From positions 1 through 36,095 of the forward strand of contig QILY01000118.1 in NCBI GenBank assembly GCA_003232155.1: DNA of 36,095 bases, in the 5' to 3' direction. Within the stretch, counting starts at the first letter, position 1; each line of letters begins with the position of its first letter. The notes below the pieces were generated by a model. It worked only from the letters and a program-made list of their open reading frames with translations. It made no database searches and was not told the origin of the DNA. The position numbers and the translations under genes were made by a program. Below, piece after piece: positions 1 through 10,422 of the stretch. Source of the DNA: Maribacter sp. (lineage in GTDB: Bacteria; Bacteroidota; Bacteroidia; Flavobacteriales; Flavobacteriaceae).

Positions 1-485
1 CCATAACCACTTACAGATTTTTGTTTGTCTGTTATTATTCCGTTGGTAGTTTCGTAAACCAAACTTATGTCTATTTTCTTTCCGTCATTATGGCTTAAAT
101 GAGGAAGAAGAGGAAATTTATTTATAAACGGGAAATTTGCATCTAAATAATGAATTTCGATTTTTGTTCCGTTCAGCTCCTTTTCTGTTTGGCTTAATAA
201 TTCATTTAGTTTTGGCCTAACATAATTTCTATTCAACAAAACAGTCATATAATTCGTTGGTTTTATTTTTTCCCGTCCGAAAGTTGGTGCAATTAAAGGA
301 ACAATTAAAAGTGTCGAAAATAAATAAAGACAAATGAAAATAATCAGCGTTTTAAATTTTAGATTTTTATTCCATTTTTTTGAAATTATCAGACTTATTA
401 AATAAACAATTCCTCCGATTTGTGTTAAAACTGTCAGAAAAACAAAAACGATTATTTTGAGTATTAATTTTAGTAGAATTTTCAA
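1..485 (-). CDS. Membrane-anchored hypothetical protein, possible MepA-like (LAS-type) metallopeptidase; 3' end runs off the window
   Basis: Not in the ORF track. Manual translation from TTG at 485 gives MKILLKLILKIIVFVFLTVLTQIGGIVYLISL...FPLLPHLSHNDGKKIDISLVY...SVSGY, open to base 1. Two N-terminal hydrophobic segments and an HxSHxxGxxxD motif. Confidence 0.7.
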   Translation of the reverse strand, partial: MKILLKLILKIIVFVFLTVLTQIGGIVYLISLIISKKWNKNLKFKTLIIFICLYLFSTLLIVPLIAPTFGREKIKPTNYMTVLLNRNYVRPKLNELLSQTEKELNGTKIEIHYLDANFPFINKFPLLPHLSHNDGKKIDISLVYETTNGIITDKQKSVSGY

Positions 486-540
486 TTTTTGGTTCTGTTT
501 TTTAATGACGCACAATTTGACTTGACACTAGCATACAAAA

Positions 541-1845
541 TCACTCTAAAGGTTTTGCATGCAGCAATTCCATTCCGGTAGAAGACCTTGGTTTAAAGCC
601 TGTCCAATTCTTTTCATTAGATTTTTTTTGTAACTTTAAATACTTTGAGAAATCTTGCTTTTTTAAGTGAATCCCTAAAAAAGCGGTTAAAAAGTGCTGG
701 TTTACATTATTAATTTTTCGTTGATCCCAAGACGGTTCTGCATAACGGTAATATTCACCTATATGTAATCCTAGAGCTAATGACTCCACTGGTGGAGGGT
801 TTGGAGCTACATTATGACGCGCATTTTTATAAGTAAGCAGATATCGATCAGCGTTAACAGCTCCTTCGTAAATAGCTTTAATGCCTTTTTCGTATCCCGA
901 AACATCGTCTTGGCTTCCGGCGATAAAAAAAGTAGGTTTTTTCAATCCCTTTAGACCTTCTGCATCCCAAACCCCTCTTTCCATTCCCCATGGGGCAAAA
1001 GCAACTACTGCCTTTACTCTTGGATCAATCTGTTTTTGATATTCTGTATTACTTGCTGCTAAGTCTACTATTGCAGAACTACCACCTGACATTTGTTCAA
1101 AGAAGGCGGTTAGACCATCACTATATCCTGCGCCAGCTACATTTAATACGCCATACCCTCCCATGGAATAACCAATAATACCAGTATGTTCCGTATCCAC
1201 AAGTCCTGTAAGCATATCTTTGCTATTTTCTTTACCCAAACGCTCCATTTCATTGATTGTGAACCTGATATCCTTTGTGCGGTTGAGCAAAGTGCTATGA
1301 AAGGCATTGGCATCTTTAAAAGTGGAATCTGTATGGTCTATAGCGACGACTATATATCCTTTTGAAGCTAAATTTTCGGTGAGATAAGTCATTAAATAGC
1401 GAGAGCCTACATAGCCGTGGGAAACAACAACAAGTGGATAGGCCTCTGAGGTACTCTTTGGTTTAGCATTCCTTATTGCCCTGCCTTTAAAAGTGAAGGG
1501 AATCAAAGGGCGAAGAGAATCATTTCTTATGCCCATTACTTCTTCATAAATTACCGAAGCTTCGGTAGTTGTTTCAGCAGGATACCACACTTCAATAGTT
1601 AAAGAGCGATTATATAAGGGGTCTTTGCCATCTTTTGAATTTAAGATGTCTATTTGGTTTGGGTTTACTATATCTAAGGTTCGTACACCTACTTGATGCG
1701 TTCCTCTTACCGCTAACTCAGGAGCATCTGGTAGCGCATCTCCATAAAGGAATTCTGTACTTTGGGCAAGAGTTGGGCTTGTGAAGAAACTAAGCGAAAT
1801 TATAAGTAGGGAAATATATTTAAAATACCCTTTTAAAAAAACCAT
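541..1845 (-). CDS. Secreted alpha/beta hydrolase (dienelactone hydrolase/PAF-acetylhydrolase-like)
   Basis: Signal peptide; YPLVVVSHG, nucleophile elbow GYSMGG, GSQDD (Asp), ARHN (His). Confidence 0.85.
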   Translation of the reverse strand: MVFLKGYFKYISLLIISLSFFTSPTLAQSTEFLYGDALPDAPELAVRGTHQVGVRTLDIVNPNQIDILNSKDGKDPLYNRSLTIEVWYPAETTTEASVIYEEVMGIRNDSLRPLIPFTFKGRAIRNAKPKSTSEAYPLVVVSHGYVGSRYLMTYLTENLASKGYIVVAIDHTDSTFKDANAFHSTLLNRTKDIRFTINEMERLGKENSKDMLTGLVDTEHTGIIGYSMGGYGVLNVAGAGYSDGLTAFFEQMSGGSSAIVDLAASNTEYQKQIDPRVKAVVAFAPWGMERGVWDAEGLKGLKKPTFFIAGSQDDVSGYEKGIKAIYEGAVNADRYLLTYKNARHNVAPNPPPVESLALGLHIGEYYRYAEPSWDQRKINNVNQHFLTAFLGIHLKKQDFSKYLKLQKKSNEKNWTGFKPRSSTGMELLHAKPLE

Positions 1846-1908
1846 GATCTTTTATTTATGCTCCGTTTAAAGATAACTAAATAATTGGTCTATTAGATAC
1901 TCTTAATT

Positions 1909-2598
1909 TCAGCAATTTTCAGAATCAGGTTCGCAACTTTCACCTTGAACTATATTTTCAGTAGGAGCTACACTAGCAAAAGCATCTAAAAATACGCTTG
2001 GCGGTTGCGCACCGCTAATACCATATTTGTCATTGATAATAAAAAATGGAACTCCGGTAACACCACGTTGTTGGTAATGGGCAATCTCTTGCTTTACTGC
2101 ATAGGCAATGTTATCATCGGCTAGAATTTGGGTAGTCTTTTCAGCATCCCAACCGTATTCGGACATAACTTTGATAAGTACTTTGGTGTCGTTGAGATGT
2201 AGGTTTTCGTCAAAATAAGCTTTTAAAAAGCGCTCTTTCAGGGCAGCTTTAAAACCTTCTTCTTCCGCTACATGCATTAATTGGTGTAAGGGCAACGTAT
2301 TTACCGCCAACCATTTATCTCCGAAATTAAAGGTGATGCCTTCTTCTGCCCCTATTTTGGTAAGACGATCCGTCATTTCTTTGGTACGTTCTAAATCGCC
2401 AAATTTATTGGTGAGATAAGTATCACGGTCAAAACCCGATTCGGGAATGTTGGGATCCAACTGAAACGGATGCCAAGTTACTTCCACTGGTGCACCTTTC
2501 CACTCCTTTAGTGCGGTTTCCAGTCTGCGCTTTCCCACATAACACCATGGGCAAGCCACGTCTGATACAATAGCTACTTTTATAGTTTCTTGTTGCAT
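1909..2598 (-). CDS. DsbA-family (FrnE-like) oxidoreductase
   Basis: SDVACPWCYVG CxxC motif, PFQLDP, GVTGVPFF cis-Pro loop, GAQP. Confidence 0.92.
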   Translation of the reverse strand: MQQETIKVAIVSDVACPWCYVGKRRLETALKEWKGAPVEVTWHPFQLDPNIPESGFDRDTYLTNKFGDLERTKEMTDRLTKIGAEEGITFNFGDKWLAVNTLPLHQLMHVAEEEGFKAALKERFLKAYFDENLHLNDTKVLIKVMSEYGWDAEKTTQILADDNIAYAVKQEIAHYQQRGVTGVPFFIINDKYGISGAQPPSVFLDAFASVAPTENIVQGESCEPDSENC

Positions 2599-2917
2599 TT
2601 TTTTAAAATCCAGTTGCCCCTATAGTCGGCTTTTGAACGCCATACTAACACCGCATTTTCAAGGTCGTAAGATAAAATGTATGTATTTTACAAAGTACAA
2701 TAGGATTCTAACCCGCATTATTCACTGATATTCTATTCCAATATTTTTTAAGTACAGATACTTGGTATAATGCCATTGAATGAAATAGAAAGAATTATAG
2801 ATAGAGTGTACTATACTAAAACCCTCACAACTTTAACACCTGCATATTCCTAAACACCATTTTTTTAATATCCCTGAGTTCACTACTTTTAAACTGACTA
2901 ATTAACACACTCTGAAA

Positions 2918-5900
2918 ATGAAAAATATTCTCGGTAAAATCAGCATACTTGTGCTGGTACTCTCTCTTGTACCCTTAACGTTATCCTCACAAAGAAAAAA
3001 TAAAATAAAAAAGGCAGTGCCTTCATTCGCTGAAGATCTATATTCCAGTATGGAGTACCGTTTGGTAGGTCCGTTTCGTGGTGGGCGTTCTGCTGCGGTA
3101 ACCGGTGTGCCAGACGAACCCAATCTCTTTTATTTTGGGGCTACAGGTGGTGGTGTATGGAAAACTACTGATGGCGGCCGTACTTGGGGCAATATCTCTG
3201 ATGGCTTTTTTGGTGGTAGTATTGGTGCGATTGAAGTTGCTAAAAGCGACCCGAACGTCATTTATGTGGGTGGTGGAGAAAAAACACTACGTGGTAATGT
3301 TTCAAGTGGCTATGGGATATGGAAAACTGAAGACGCAGGTAAAACATGGGTCTCTGCCGGACTCAAAAATAGTCGACATGTACCCCGTATCCGTATTCAC
3401 CCAACAGACGCTAATATTTTATATGCTGCCGTTTTGGGAAATATTTATAAGCCTACCCAAGACCGCGGAATCTATAAAAGTACCGATGGTGGAAAATCAT
3501 GGAAGAAAACACTTTTCGTAAATGATCAGGCGGGAGCGGTTGATTTGGTGTTGGATCCCAATAATCCAAGAATTTTATATGCATCAACTTGGCGAGCAAA
3601 ACGAACCCCGTATAGTTTGAGTAGTGGTGGTGATGGTTCTGCGTTGTGGAAAAGCACCGATAGTGGTGAAAGCTGGACAGAGATTTCTAAAAACGAAGGC
3701 TTTCCTAAAGATACTTTGGGTATTATTGGCGTAGCAGTTTCCCCTAAAAATTCAGAACGTGTTTGGGCGATAGTTGAGAACAAAGAAAAAGGCGGATTGT
3801 ATCGTAGTGACGATGGTGGTGAAAAATGGACACAGGTAAATAGCGAACGTAAATTACGCCAGCGAGCTTGGTATTATACGCGTTTGTATGCAGATACTGA
3901 AGATGAGAATACGGTTTATGTGCTCAATGTACGCTATCATAGGTCTACTGATGGCGGTAAGAGTTTCAATACCTTCAATGCGCCACATGGTGACCATCAT
4001 GATTTATGGATTTCCCCAGAAAACGCGAATCGTATGATTATTGGCGATGATGGTGGTGCGCAAATTTCATATGATGCTGGCGAGACTTGGAGCACCTATT
4101 ATAATCAGCCTACCGCACAATTTTATCGGGTGACGACCGATAATGCTTTTCCGTATCGTATTTATGTGGCGCAGCAAGACAATTCTACGTTGCGTATCAA
4201 TCATAGAAGTGATGGCGGTAGTATTGGCGAAGATGATTGGGAGCCTACTGCTGGTGGTGAATCAGCCCATATTGCAGTAGATCCTACTAATAATGATATT
4301 GTATACGGAGGTAGTTATGACGGATTCCTTACCCGCGTAAATCACGATAAAAATACGGTCCGAGGCATTAACGTATGGCCAGACAATCCTATGGGTCACG
4401 GTGCTGAGGATATGAAATATCGTTTTCAATGGAATTTTCCTATTATTTTCAGCAGACATAATCCGAAGAAATTATACACTTTTTCAAATCATGTACATGT
4501 AAGTGAAAATGAAGGGCAAAGTTGGACACTCTTGAGCGATGACCTTACCCGTAATGACCCTACAAAACTAGTTTCTAGTGGTGGCCCAATTACCCAAGAT
4601 AATACTAGTGTAGAATATTACTGTACCATTTTTGCAGCGAATGAAAGCCCTTTAAAAGAAGGCTTGCTTTGGGTTGGTAGTGATGATGGTTTAATTCACG
4701 TTACTAAAGATGGTGGATCCAATTGGGAGAATATTACCCCTGCAAATATGCCTGAATGGAGCATGATTAACAGTATTGAACCTTCCGCCTTTGATGAAGG
4801 CACATGTTATGTTGCTGCAACACGATATAAGTTAGGTGATTTTAGACCTTATTTATACAAAACTACCGACTACGGAAAAACATGGAGTAAGATAACCAAC
4901 GGAATCAATACTGAACATTTTACGCGTGTAGTCAGAGAAGACCCTAAACGAAAAGGGCTATTATATGCCGGAACAGAAACTGGCATGTATATTTCTTTTG
5001 ATGATGGAAGTAATTGGAGTGCGTTTCAAATGAACTTACCTATTGTTCCGATTACTGATCTGACCATTAAAGACAACAATCTAATTGTAGCAACACAAGG
5101 TCGAAGCCTTTGGATATTAGATGATTTAACGGTCTTACATCAGTTAGATGCTGCTAAAAAAGGGATGGCGAATATAGTATACCAACCTAAAGATTCTTAC
5201 CGTACCAAAGGACGTGCGAGAAAAGAGCCTTCTAAAACTGAAGGGCAGAATCATCCGAACGGTGTAGTGACTCATTTTTATTTGAAAGAGGTAAAAGAGA
5301 AAGACAGTATTCAATTAACGTATCTGTCAATGGCAGGTGATACTTTAGCGTCGTACAGTAATACATCCGAAGAAAAAAAGAAAAAGCTAAAGGTTAAAAA
5401 AGGTGGAAATACCCATGTCTGGGATACCCGCGGTAAAGGCTCTGAAAAACTGGAGGGAATGATTCTTTGGTGGGCAAGCCTTGATGGCGCCAAGGCCGTG
5501 CCCGGAAATTATAAAGTAGCTTTAAATGTAAATGGGGCTAGCCAATCGCAACAGTTTAAAATACTACCAGATCCAAGAGCTGAGGTTTCTATAGCTGATA
5601 TGCAAAAGCAATTCGATTTTGTAACGGATATCAATACCACGATTGATAAGGCACATCAATCCATCAAAAAAATACGCAAAATTACTGCGCAATTAGATGC
5701 CTTTAGCAAACAATATAAAGACAATGACAAAACTAAAGCTTTGGTTGAGAAAGCTAAAATGATGAAAGAGAAATTTGGCGAGGTAGAAAAAGCTTTGTAC
5801 CAAACCAAAAATCGTAGCGGACAGGATCCGTTGAATTTTCCCATTCGTTTGAATAATAAACTAGGGCATTTGAACAGTTTAGTGGCTATTGATGATTTTC

Positions 5901-6055
5901 CGCCTACAGATCAAGATATTGCTGTAAAAAATGAACTTACAGGTCAAATCAATACGCAATTAGATACTTTTGACGCCTTGATCGAAAAAGAAATCGGAGC
6001 GTTTAATAGTGAGTTCAATACATTGAAATTGAAGTATTTGTCTGTGGAAGAGTAG
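2918..6055 (+). CDS. Secreted BNR/Asp-box repeat (VPS10/sortilin-like) beta-propeller protein, usually annotated 'glycosyl hydrolase'
   Basis: Signal peptide, many SxDGGxTW Asp-box repeats, N-terminal GPFRGGRS, helical C-terminal domain. Confidence 0.85.
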   Translation: MKNILGKISILVLVLSLVPLTLSSQRKNKIKKAVPSFAEDLYSSMEYRLVGPFRGGRSAAVTGVPDEPNLFYFGATGGGVWKTTDGGRTWGNISDGFFGGSIGAIEVAKSDPNVIYVGGGEKTLRGNVSSGYGIWKTEDAGKTWVSAGLKNSRHVPRIRIHPTDANILYAAVLGNIYKPTQDRGIYKSTDGGKSWKKTLFVNDQAGAVDLVLDPNNPRILYASTWRAKRTPYSLSSGGDGSALWKSTDSGESWTEISKNEGFPKDTLGIIGVAVSPKNSERVWAIVENKEKGGLYRSDDGGEKWTQVNSERKLRQRAWYYTRLYADTEDENTVYVLNVRYHRSTDGGKSFNTFNAPHGDHHDLWISPENANRMIIGDDGGAQISYDAGETWSTYYNQPTAQFYRVTTDNAFPYRIYVAQQDNSTLRINHRSDGGSIGEDDWEPTAGGESAHIAVDPTNNDIVYGGSYDGFLTRVNHDKNTVRGINVWPDNPMGHGAEDMKYRFQWNFPIIFSRHNPKKLYTFSNHVHVSENEGQSWTLLSDDLTRNDPTKLVSSGGPITQDNTSVEYYCTIFAANESPLKEGLLWVGSDDGLIHVTKDGGSNWENITPANMPEWSMINSIEPSAFDEGTCYVAATRYKLGDFRPYLYKTTDYGKTWSKITNGINTEHFTRVVREDPKRKGLLYAGTETGMYISFDDGSNWSAFQMNLPIVPITDLTIKDNNLIVATQGRSLWILDDLTVLHQLDAAKKGMANIVYQPKDSYRTKGRARKEPSKTEGQNHPNGVVTHFYLKEVKEKDSIQLTYLSMAGDTLASYSNTSEEKKKKLKVKKGGNTHVWDTRGKGSEKLEGMILWWASLDGAKAVPGNYKVALNVNGASQSQQFKILPDPRAEVSIADMQKQFDFVTDINTTIDKAHQSIKKIRKITAQLDAFSKQYKDNDKTKALVEKAKMMKEKFGEVEKALYQTKNRSGQDPLNFPIRLNNKLGHLNSLVAIDDFPPTDQDIAVKNELTGQINTQLDTFDALIEKEIGAFNSEFNTLKLKYLSVEE

Positions 6056-6096
6056 TTGATTTTTGAATGTTTTTTAGAAAAGAAATAAAAGTAGAT

Positions 6097-6317
6097 CCTC
6101 CCCTTTTTTCAAGGGGAGGTGCCCGCAGGGCGGAGGGGTCTTGGTAAAGTTTGGCAAGAAGTTTAATTTTGTTTCAATTGTCGCCTCTATCTGAAAAAGT
6201 GGTGCCCGCAGAGCGTGGAGGGGTCTCTTGAGGAGAGTATCTAGAAAGCTGAAAAACATTCGTGTTCCAAGGCTAACCACCCCGGCTGTCGCCACCCCTC
6301 CTTGAAAAAGGAGGGGG
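6097..6317. repeat. Cluster of three GC-rich REP-like palindromes
   Basis: CCTCCCCTT..AAGGGGAGGTGCCCGCAGGGCGGAGGGGTC (6097-6140), a degenerate copy (~6184-6225) and an inverted copy (~6275-6317), in an AT-rich spacer. Confidence 0.75.
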
Positions 6318-6347
6318 CTCAATGATAAACTATTATCTTAAAATAAA

Positions 6348-9300
6348 ATGAAAAAACAACTATCACTACTCTTATTACTAGCCGCTACAGTAACCTTCGC
6401 CCAAACAGCTGAAGAATACCTAAAACCTTTAAAATATCGAAATATAGGTCCGTTTCGAGGAGGGCGTTCAGTAACGGCGACGGGTATCACAGGTGATATA
6501 TTGACCTATTATATGGGTACAACTGGTGGCGGACTTTGGAAAACTACTGATGCAGGACAACGTTGGCACAATATCTCTGATGGCTTTTTTGAAATGGGTT
6601 CTGTTGGTGCAATTGCTGCCTCTAAATCAAATCCCAATGTATTGTATTGTGGAATGGGAGAGCATGCTCCTCGTGGGGTGATGACCTCTTATGGAGATGG
6701 AATGTACAAATCTACCGATGCTGGAAAAACATGGAAGAAAATGGGTCTTGAAAAAACACAGCATATTTCACGTATTGTTATTCATCCTACTAATCCTGAT
6801 GTGGTATATGTGGCAGCACAAGGTGCTTTGTACGGGCCTACAAAAGAAAGAGGGATTTACAAATCTATTGACGGTGGAAAAACTTGGAAAAACACTTTGT
6901 TTGTAAACAATCTAACAGGCGCCGCTGAACTTTCTATGGATGCTAACTATCCTGAAATTTTATATGCTGCCATGTGGGAACACCAGCGTAAACCAAACAT
7001 AGTCATTAGTGGAGGTGAAGGTAGCGGATTATACAAATCAGTTGATAGTGGTGAGACCTGGTCAACCATTCACAAAGGCCTTCCCGAAGAAAAAGGGAAA
7101 ATGGCCATTTCTGTGAGTCCTGCAAACCCTGATAAAGTATATGCTTTGATAGAGAGTGATAGTAATGCCGATAAAGGCGGACTTTTTGTTTCTAATAATG
7201 CTGGGGAAAGTTGGAGTTTGGTTAGTGGTGATAATCGGTTAACCCAAAGAGCATGGTATTATACTGAGGTTTTTACAGACCCTAATGATGAGAATACAGT
7301 ATATGTACTGAGTGCACCTGCCTTACGTTCTTTAGATGGAGGAAAAACTTGGAAACGCCTTACAGGTACGCATGGTGATTTTCATGATTTATGGATTAAC
7401 CCAGAGAACTCAAGGAATATGGTTATCGCCAATGATGGCGGTGCAGGTGTAAGTTTTGATTTTGGAAAAACATGGTCTTCACAAACCAATATGCCAACAG
7501 GGCAGTTTTATCGTATAAATGCTGATAATTTGTTTCCATATAATATCTACGCGGGGCAACAAGATTATACTTCGGCAATGATTGCAAGTATGTCTTTAGG
7601 AAGCGGCAGTATTTCGTGGGATGATTTTAGTCCGTCTGCAGGGGGCGAAAGTGCATTTTTAGCTTTTGACCCTGAAAATCCGAGGTATGTAATGGGCGGA
7701 AGCTATTTAGGTACTATCGAAATTTTGGATACTAAATCAAAAGCAGCTACCCGGATTATGGCAGCCCCTATTCAGTATTTAGGAAGAGAGGCTCGCAACA
7801 TGAAGTATTTGTATAATTGGAATGCGCCCATTATAAAATCACAACATGAACCCAATACCTTTTACCATGGGGCACAATTGGTTTTAAGAACCCGCGATAT
7901 GGGTGTTACTTGGGAAGAAGCCTCACCTGACCTTACCAGAAATATAGATGATAAACAAGGTAATGGCGGTGGTCCTTATACTAATGAAGCCGTAGGTGCC
8001 GAAAATTATGGTACACTTACTTATATGATTGAATCCCCACACGAAAAGGGTGTTTTTTATACCAGTAGTGATGATGGTTTTGTACATCTTACCAAAGATA
8101 ATATGGAAAGCTGGCAAAATATTACACCGAAAAACCTGAAAGAGTGTTTGGTAAATGCTATTGAAGTATCACCACATGACCCAGCTACGGCATACATTGC
8201 AACTACGAGATATAAATTCAATGATTATACACCTGGCTTGTATAAAACTACCAATTATGGCAAAACTTGGGCGAATATTAGTACTGGAATTCCTTATGGT
8301 TCATTTACCAGAGTGATTCGTGAAGATGCTACTCGAAAAAATTTACTGTATGTAGGAACAGAAAAAGGAGTGTATATTTCATGGAATGGAGGAACAACAT
8401 GGGAAACCTTGCAACTAAACCTACCTAAGGCACCAATTACGGATTTAAAAGTACACAAGGGCAATTTGATTGTTGCTACCTCTGGTCGTGCTCTATGGAT
8501 ATTAGATGATCTATCAGTTTTAATACAACATGAACCTGCTAAGAAAAGCTTTAAAATTCTAAAACCCAATGATGCATATAATGGTTTTTGGGGAAGTCCG
8601 TTAAATGGGAATTCAGAGAAATTTGATGGAACAAATCCATTAAACGGAGTAAATCCTGCGAACGGGGTGGTATTATATTACGAGTTGCCCAAAGGCAAAG
8701 ATACCACCGAACTTACTCTTGATATTTTAGATACCAAAGGGCGAATCATACGAAGTATCAGTTCTAAAAAAGACCCTAATTACCAATCTCATAATGGTGG
8801 TGGTGCTCCACCAGCTCCTGTTTTAAGTAAGAAAGCAGGTTTAAATCGTTTTGTATGGGATATGCGCTACCCTATCATGCCCGGAGTGCCTAATGTTTAT
8901 ATTGAAGCAGGTTTTCGTGGTCATGTGGTTCCTCCTGGGTCATACACCTTACGATTGAAAATGGATGGAAAAACGGAGACCACTACAGTTTCTATTCGAG
9001 AAATTCCGACGTATGAAACCGAACCAGGACAGTACAAAATTTATAATGCTTTTATGTTCGAGATGGAAGAGAAACTAACGGATATGCACAACAAAGTAAA
9101 TGGTTTGTATAAAGTACGGCAACAGCTCAAATCAATATTAAAAGATAGTAAAGATGAGCGTCTAAAAACAGCAGGTGAACAATTGGCCGATCAATTAAAA
9201 GAATGGGACGAAGCCATGGTACAGCGTAAATCAAAAGCTTATGATGATGTAGAAAATTTCCCAAACAAATTTACTGCTGAGTACTTGTTTTTAATCAATC

Positions 9301-9470
9301 AGACGGGTAGTGCTATACAAAGAGTAAACCAATCATCACGTGACCGAAAAGTAGAATTAGATGGGCAATGGAATACTTTGAACAAGCAAGCGAATGACCT
9401 TATAAATATTACAATCCCCGCTTATAACAAGCAGTTATGGGAAGCAGGTATTGGGGCGATACGATTGTAA
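6348..9470 (+). CDS. Second BNR/VPS10-like beta-propeller protein, paralog of 2918..6055
   Basis: Shares the motifs GPFRGGRS, TGGGxWKTTD..WxNISDGFF, QRAWYYT, HGDxHDLWI and AGGESA, plus Asp-box repeats. Confidence 0.85.
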   Translation: MKKQLSLLLLLAATVTFAQTAEEYLKPLKYRNIGPFRGGRSVTATGITGDILTYYMGTTGGGLWKTTDAGQRWHNISDGFFEMGSVGAIAASKSNPNVLYCGMGEHAPRGVMTSYGDGMYKSTDAGKTWKKMGLEKTQHISRIVIHPTNPDVVYVAAQGALYGPTKERGIYKSIDGGKTWKNTLFVNNLTGAAELSMDANYPEILYAAMWEHQRKPNIVISGGEGSGLYKSVDSGETWSTIHKGLPEEKGKMAISVSPANPDKVYALIESDSNADKGGLFVSNNAGESWSLVSGDNRLTQRAWYYTEVFTDPNDENTVYVLSAPALRSLDGGKTWKRLTGTHGDFHDLWINPENSRNMVIANDGGAGVSFDFGKTWSSQTNMPTGQFYRINADNLFPYNIYAGQQDYTSAMIASMSLGSGSISWDDFSPSAGGESAFLAFDPENPRYVMGGSYLGTIEILDTKSKAATRIMAAPIQYLGREARNMKYLYNWNAPIIKSQHEPNTFYHGAQLVLRTRDMGVTWEEASPDLTRNIDDKQGNGGGPYTNEAVGAENYGTLTYMIESPHEKGVFYTSSDDGFVHLTKDNMESWQNITPKNLKECLVNAIEVSPHDPATAYIATTRYKFNDYTPGLYKTTNYGKTWANISTGIPYGSFTRVIREDATRKNLLYVGTEKGVYISWNGGTTWETLQLNLPKAPITDLKVHKGNLIVATSGRALWILDDLSVLIQHEPAKKSFKILKPNDAYNGFWGSPLNGNSEKFDGTNPLNGVNPANGVVLYYELPKGKDTTELTLDILDTKGRIIRSISSKKDPNYQSHNGGGAPPAPVLSKKAGLNRFVWDMRYPIMPGVPNVYIEAGFRGHVVPPGSYTLRLKMDGKTETTTVSIREIPTYETEPGQYKIYNAFMFEMEEKLTDMHNKVNGLYKVRQQLKSILKDSKDERLKTAGEQLADQLKEWDEAMVQRKSKAYDDVENFPNKFTAEYLFLINQTGSAIQRVNQSSRDRKVELDGQWNTLNKQANDLINITIPAYNKQLWEAGIGAIRL

Positions 9471-9511
9471 GTTAGGTTGCAGGAAGCAGTTATCTTTGTA
9501 ATACGTTTTTC

Positions 9512-9572
9512 TGTCGCTTCGAGCTAAGTCGAGAACTTAGGAACACGAGTCTGGACTCCGCTCGACATGACA
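9512..9572. repeat. Inverted pair of REP-like units (GTCGA-type) forming a hairpin
   Basis: TGTCGCTTCGAGCTAAGTCGAGA...TCTGGACTCCGCTCGACATGACA; related units occur at ~11885-11908 and flanking 16016-16195. Confidence 0.65.
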
Positions 9573-9731
9573 GGTTGAGTAAAAACCAGAGAAATTTTTA
9601 GATGCTGAAAATAATGCATATGTTACTCCAAAAGAACACTATGATTCGCTGGAAGAAGAATATCAAAAAAATAAAGTATTTTTAGCTTTGAACCATGTTC
9701 AAATACAAAACCATTTTGCACTTTTACTTTT

Positions 9732-10283
9732 ATGATCGAATACTACAACTATATAAAATCGCTACACTTAATTTTTGTGATTACATGGTTTGCCGGTCTT
9801 TTTTATATTCCGCGCTTATTTATGTATCATATTGAAGCATCTGAAAAGCCATCTCCTGATAAAGAAATTTTAACCCATCAATTAAAGTTGATGACCAAAC
9901 GTCTGTGGTATATTATTTCGTGGCCATCTGCAGTTTTAGCAACGTTTTTTGCCATTTTGTTATTAGTTTTAAACCCAAGCTTAGTACTTCAGCCATGGAT
10001 GCAGGTAAAACTAGGTTTTGTGGTCTTATTGATTGCGTACCATCTTAAAAATCATATTATTTTTAAACAATTGCAAAATGATACCGTAAACTATACCACC
10101 AAATATATGCGTATCTGGAATGAGGGTGCTACCATTATTCTTTTTGCCATAATCTTTTTGGTCATTGTAAAAAGTGCCATCAACTGGATTTTTGGTGTAG
10201 TCGGAATTATAGTTTTAGGCATTCTTTTAATGCTAGGTATTCGTTTGTACAAACGTATTCGCGATAAGAATCTAGAAGCATAA
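9732..10283 (+). CDS. hemJ: Protoporphyrinogen IX oxidase HemJ (CopD-like family)
   Basis: IKSLHLIFVITWFAGLFYIPRLFMYH, WMQVKL, RIWNE motifs; multi-pass membrane protein. Confidence 0.88.
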   Translation: MIEYYNYIKSLHLIFVITWFAGLFYIPRLFMYHIEASEKPSPDKEILTHQLKLMTKRLWYIISWPSAVLATFFAILLLVLNPSLVLQPWMQVKLGFVVLLIAYHLKNHIIFKQLQNDTVNYTTKYMRIWNEGATIILFAIIFLVIVKSAINWIFGVVGIIVLGILLMLGIRLYKRIRDKNLEA

Positions 10284-10422
10284 TGAAATTCCAAATCGCA
10301 AACCTCAAATTCCAAAAGCAGTTGTCATCTTTTTTACTTGGTTTTTGAAATTTTAATATTGGAATTTGGCCAAGCTTTCCTTGGCTTGATATTTGCTATC
10401 TTTATTCTCAAATTTAGAATTC

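Noticed and set aside
6074-6322. 82-aa ORF
   Set aside because: Translation of the REP cluster.
9581-9734. Coding-looking fragment (DAENNAYVTPKEHYDSLEEEY) before hemJ
   Set aside because: No in-frame start and no recognisable family; may be a gene remnant but cannot be supported.
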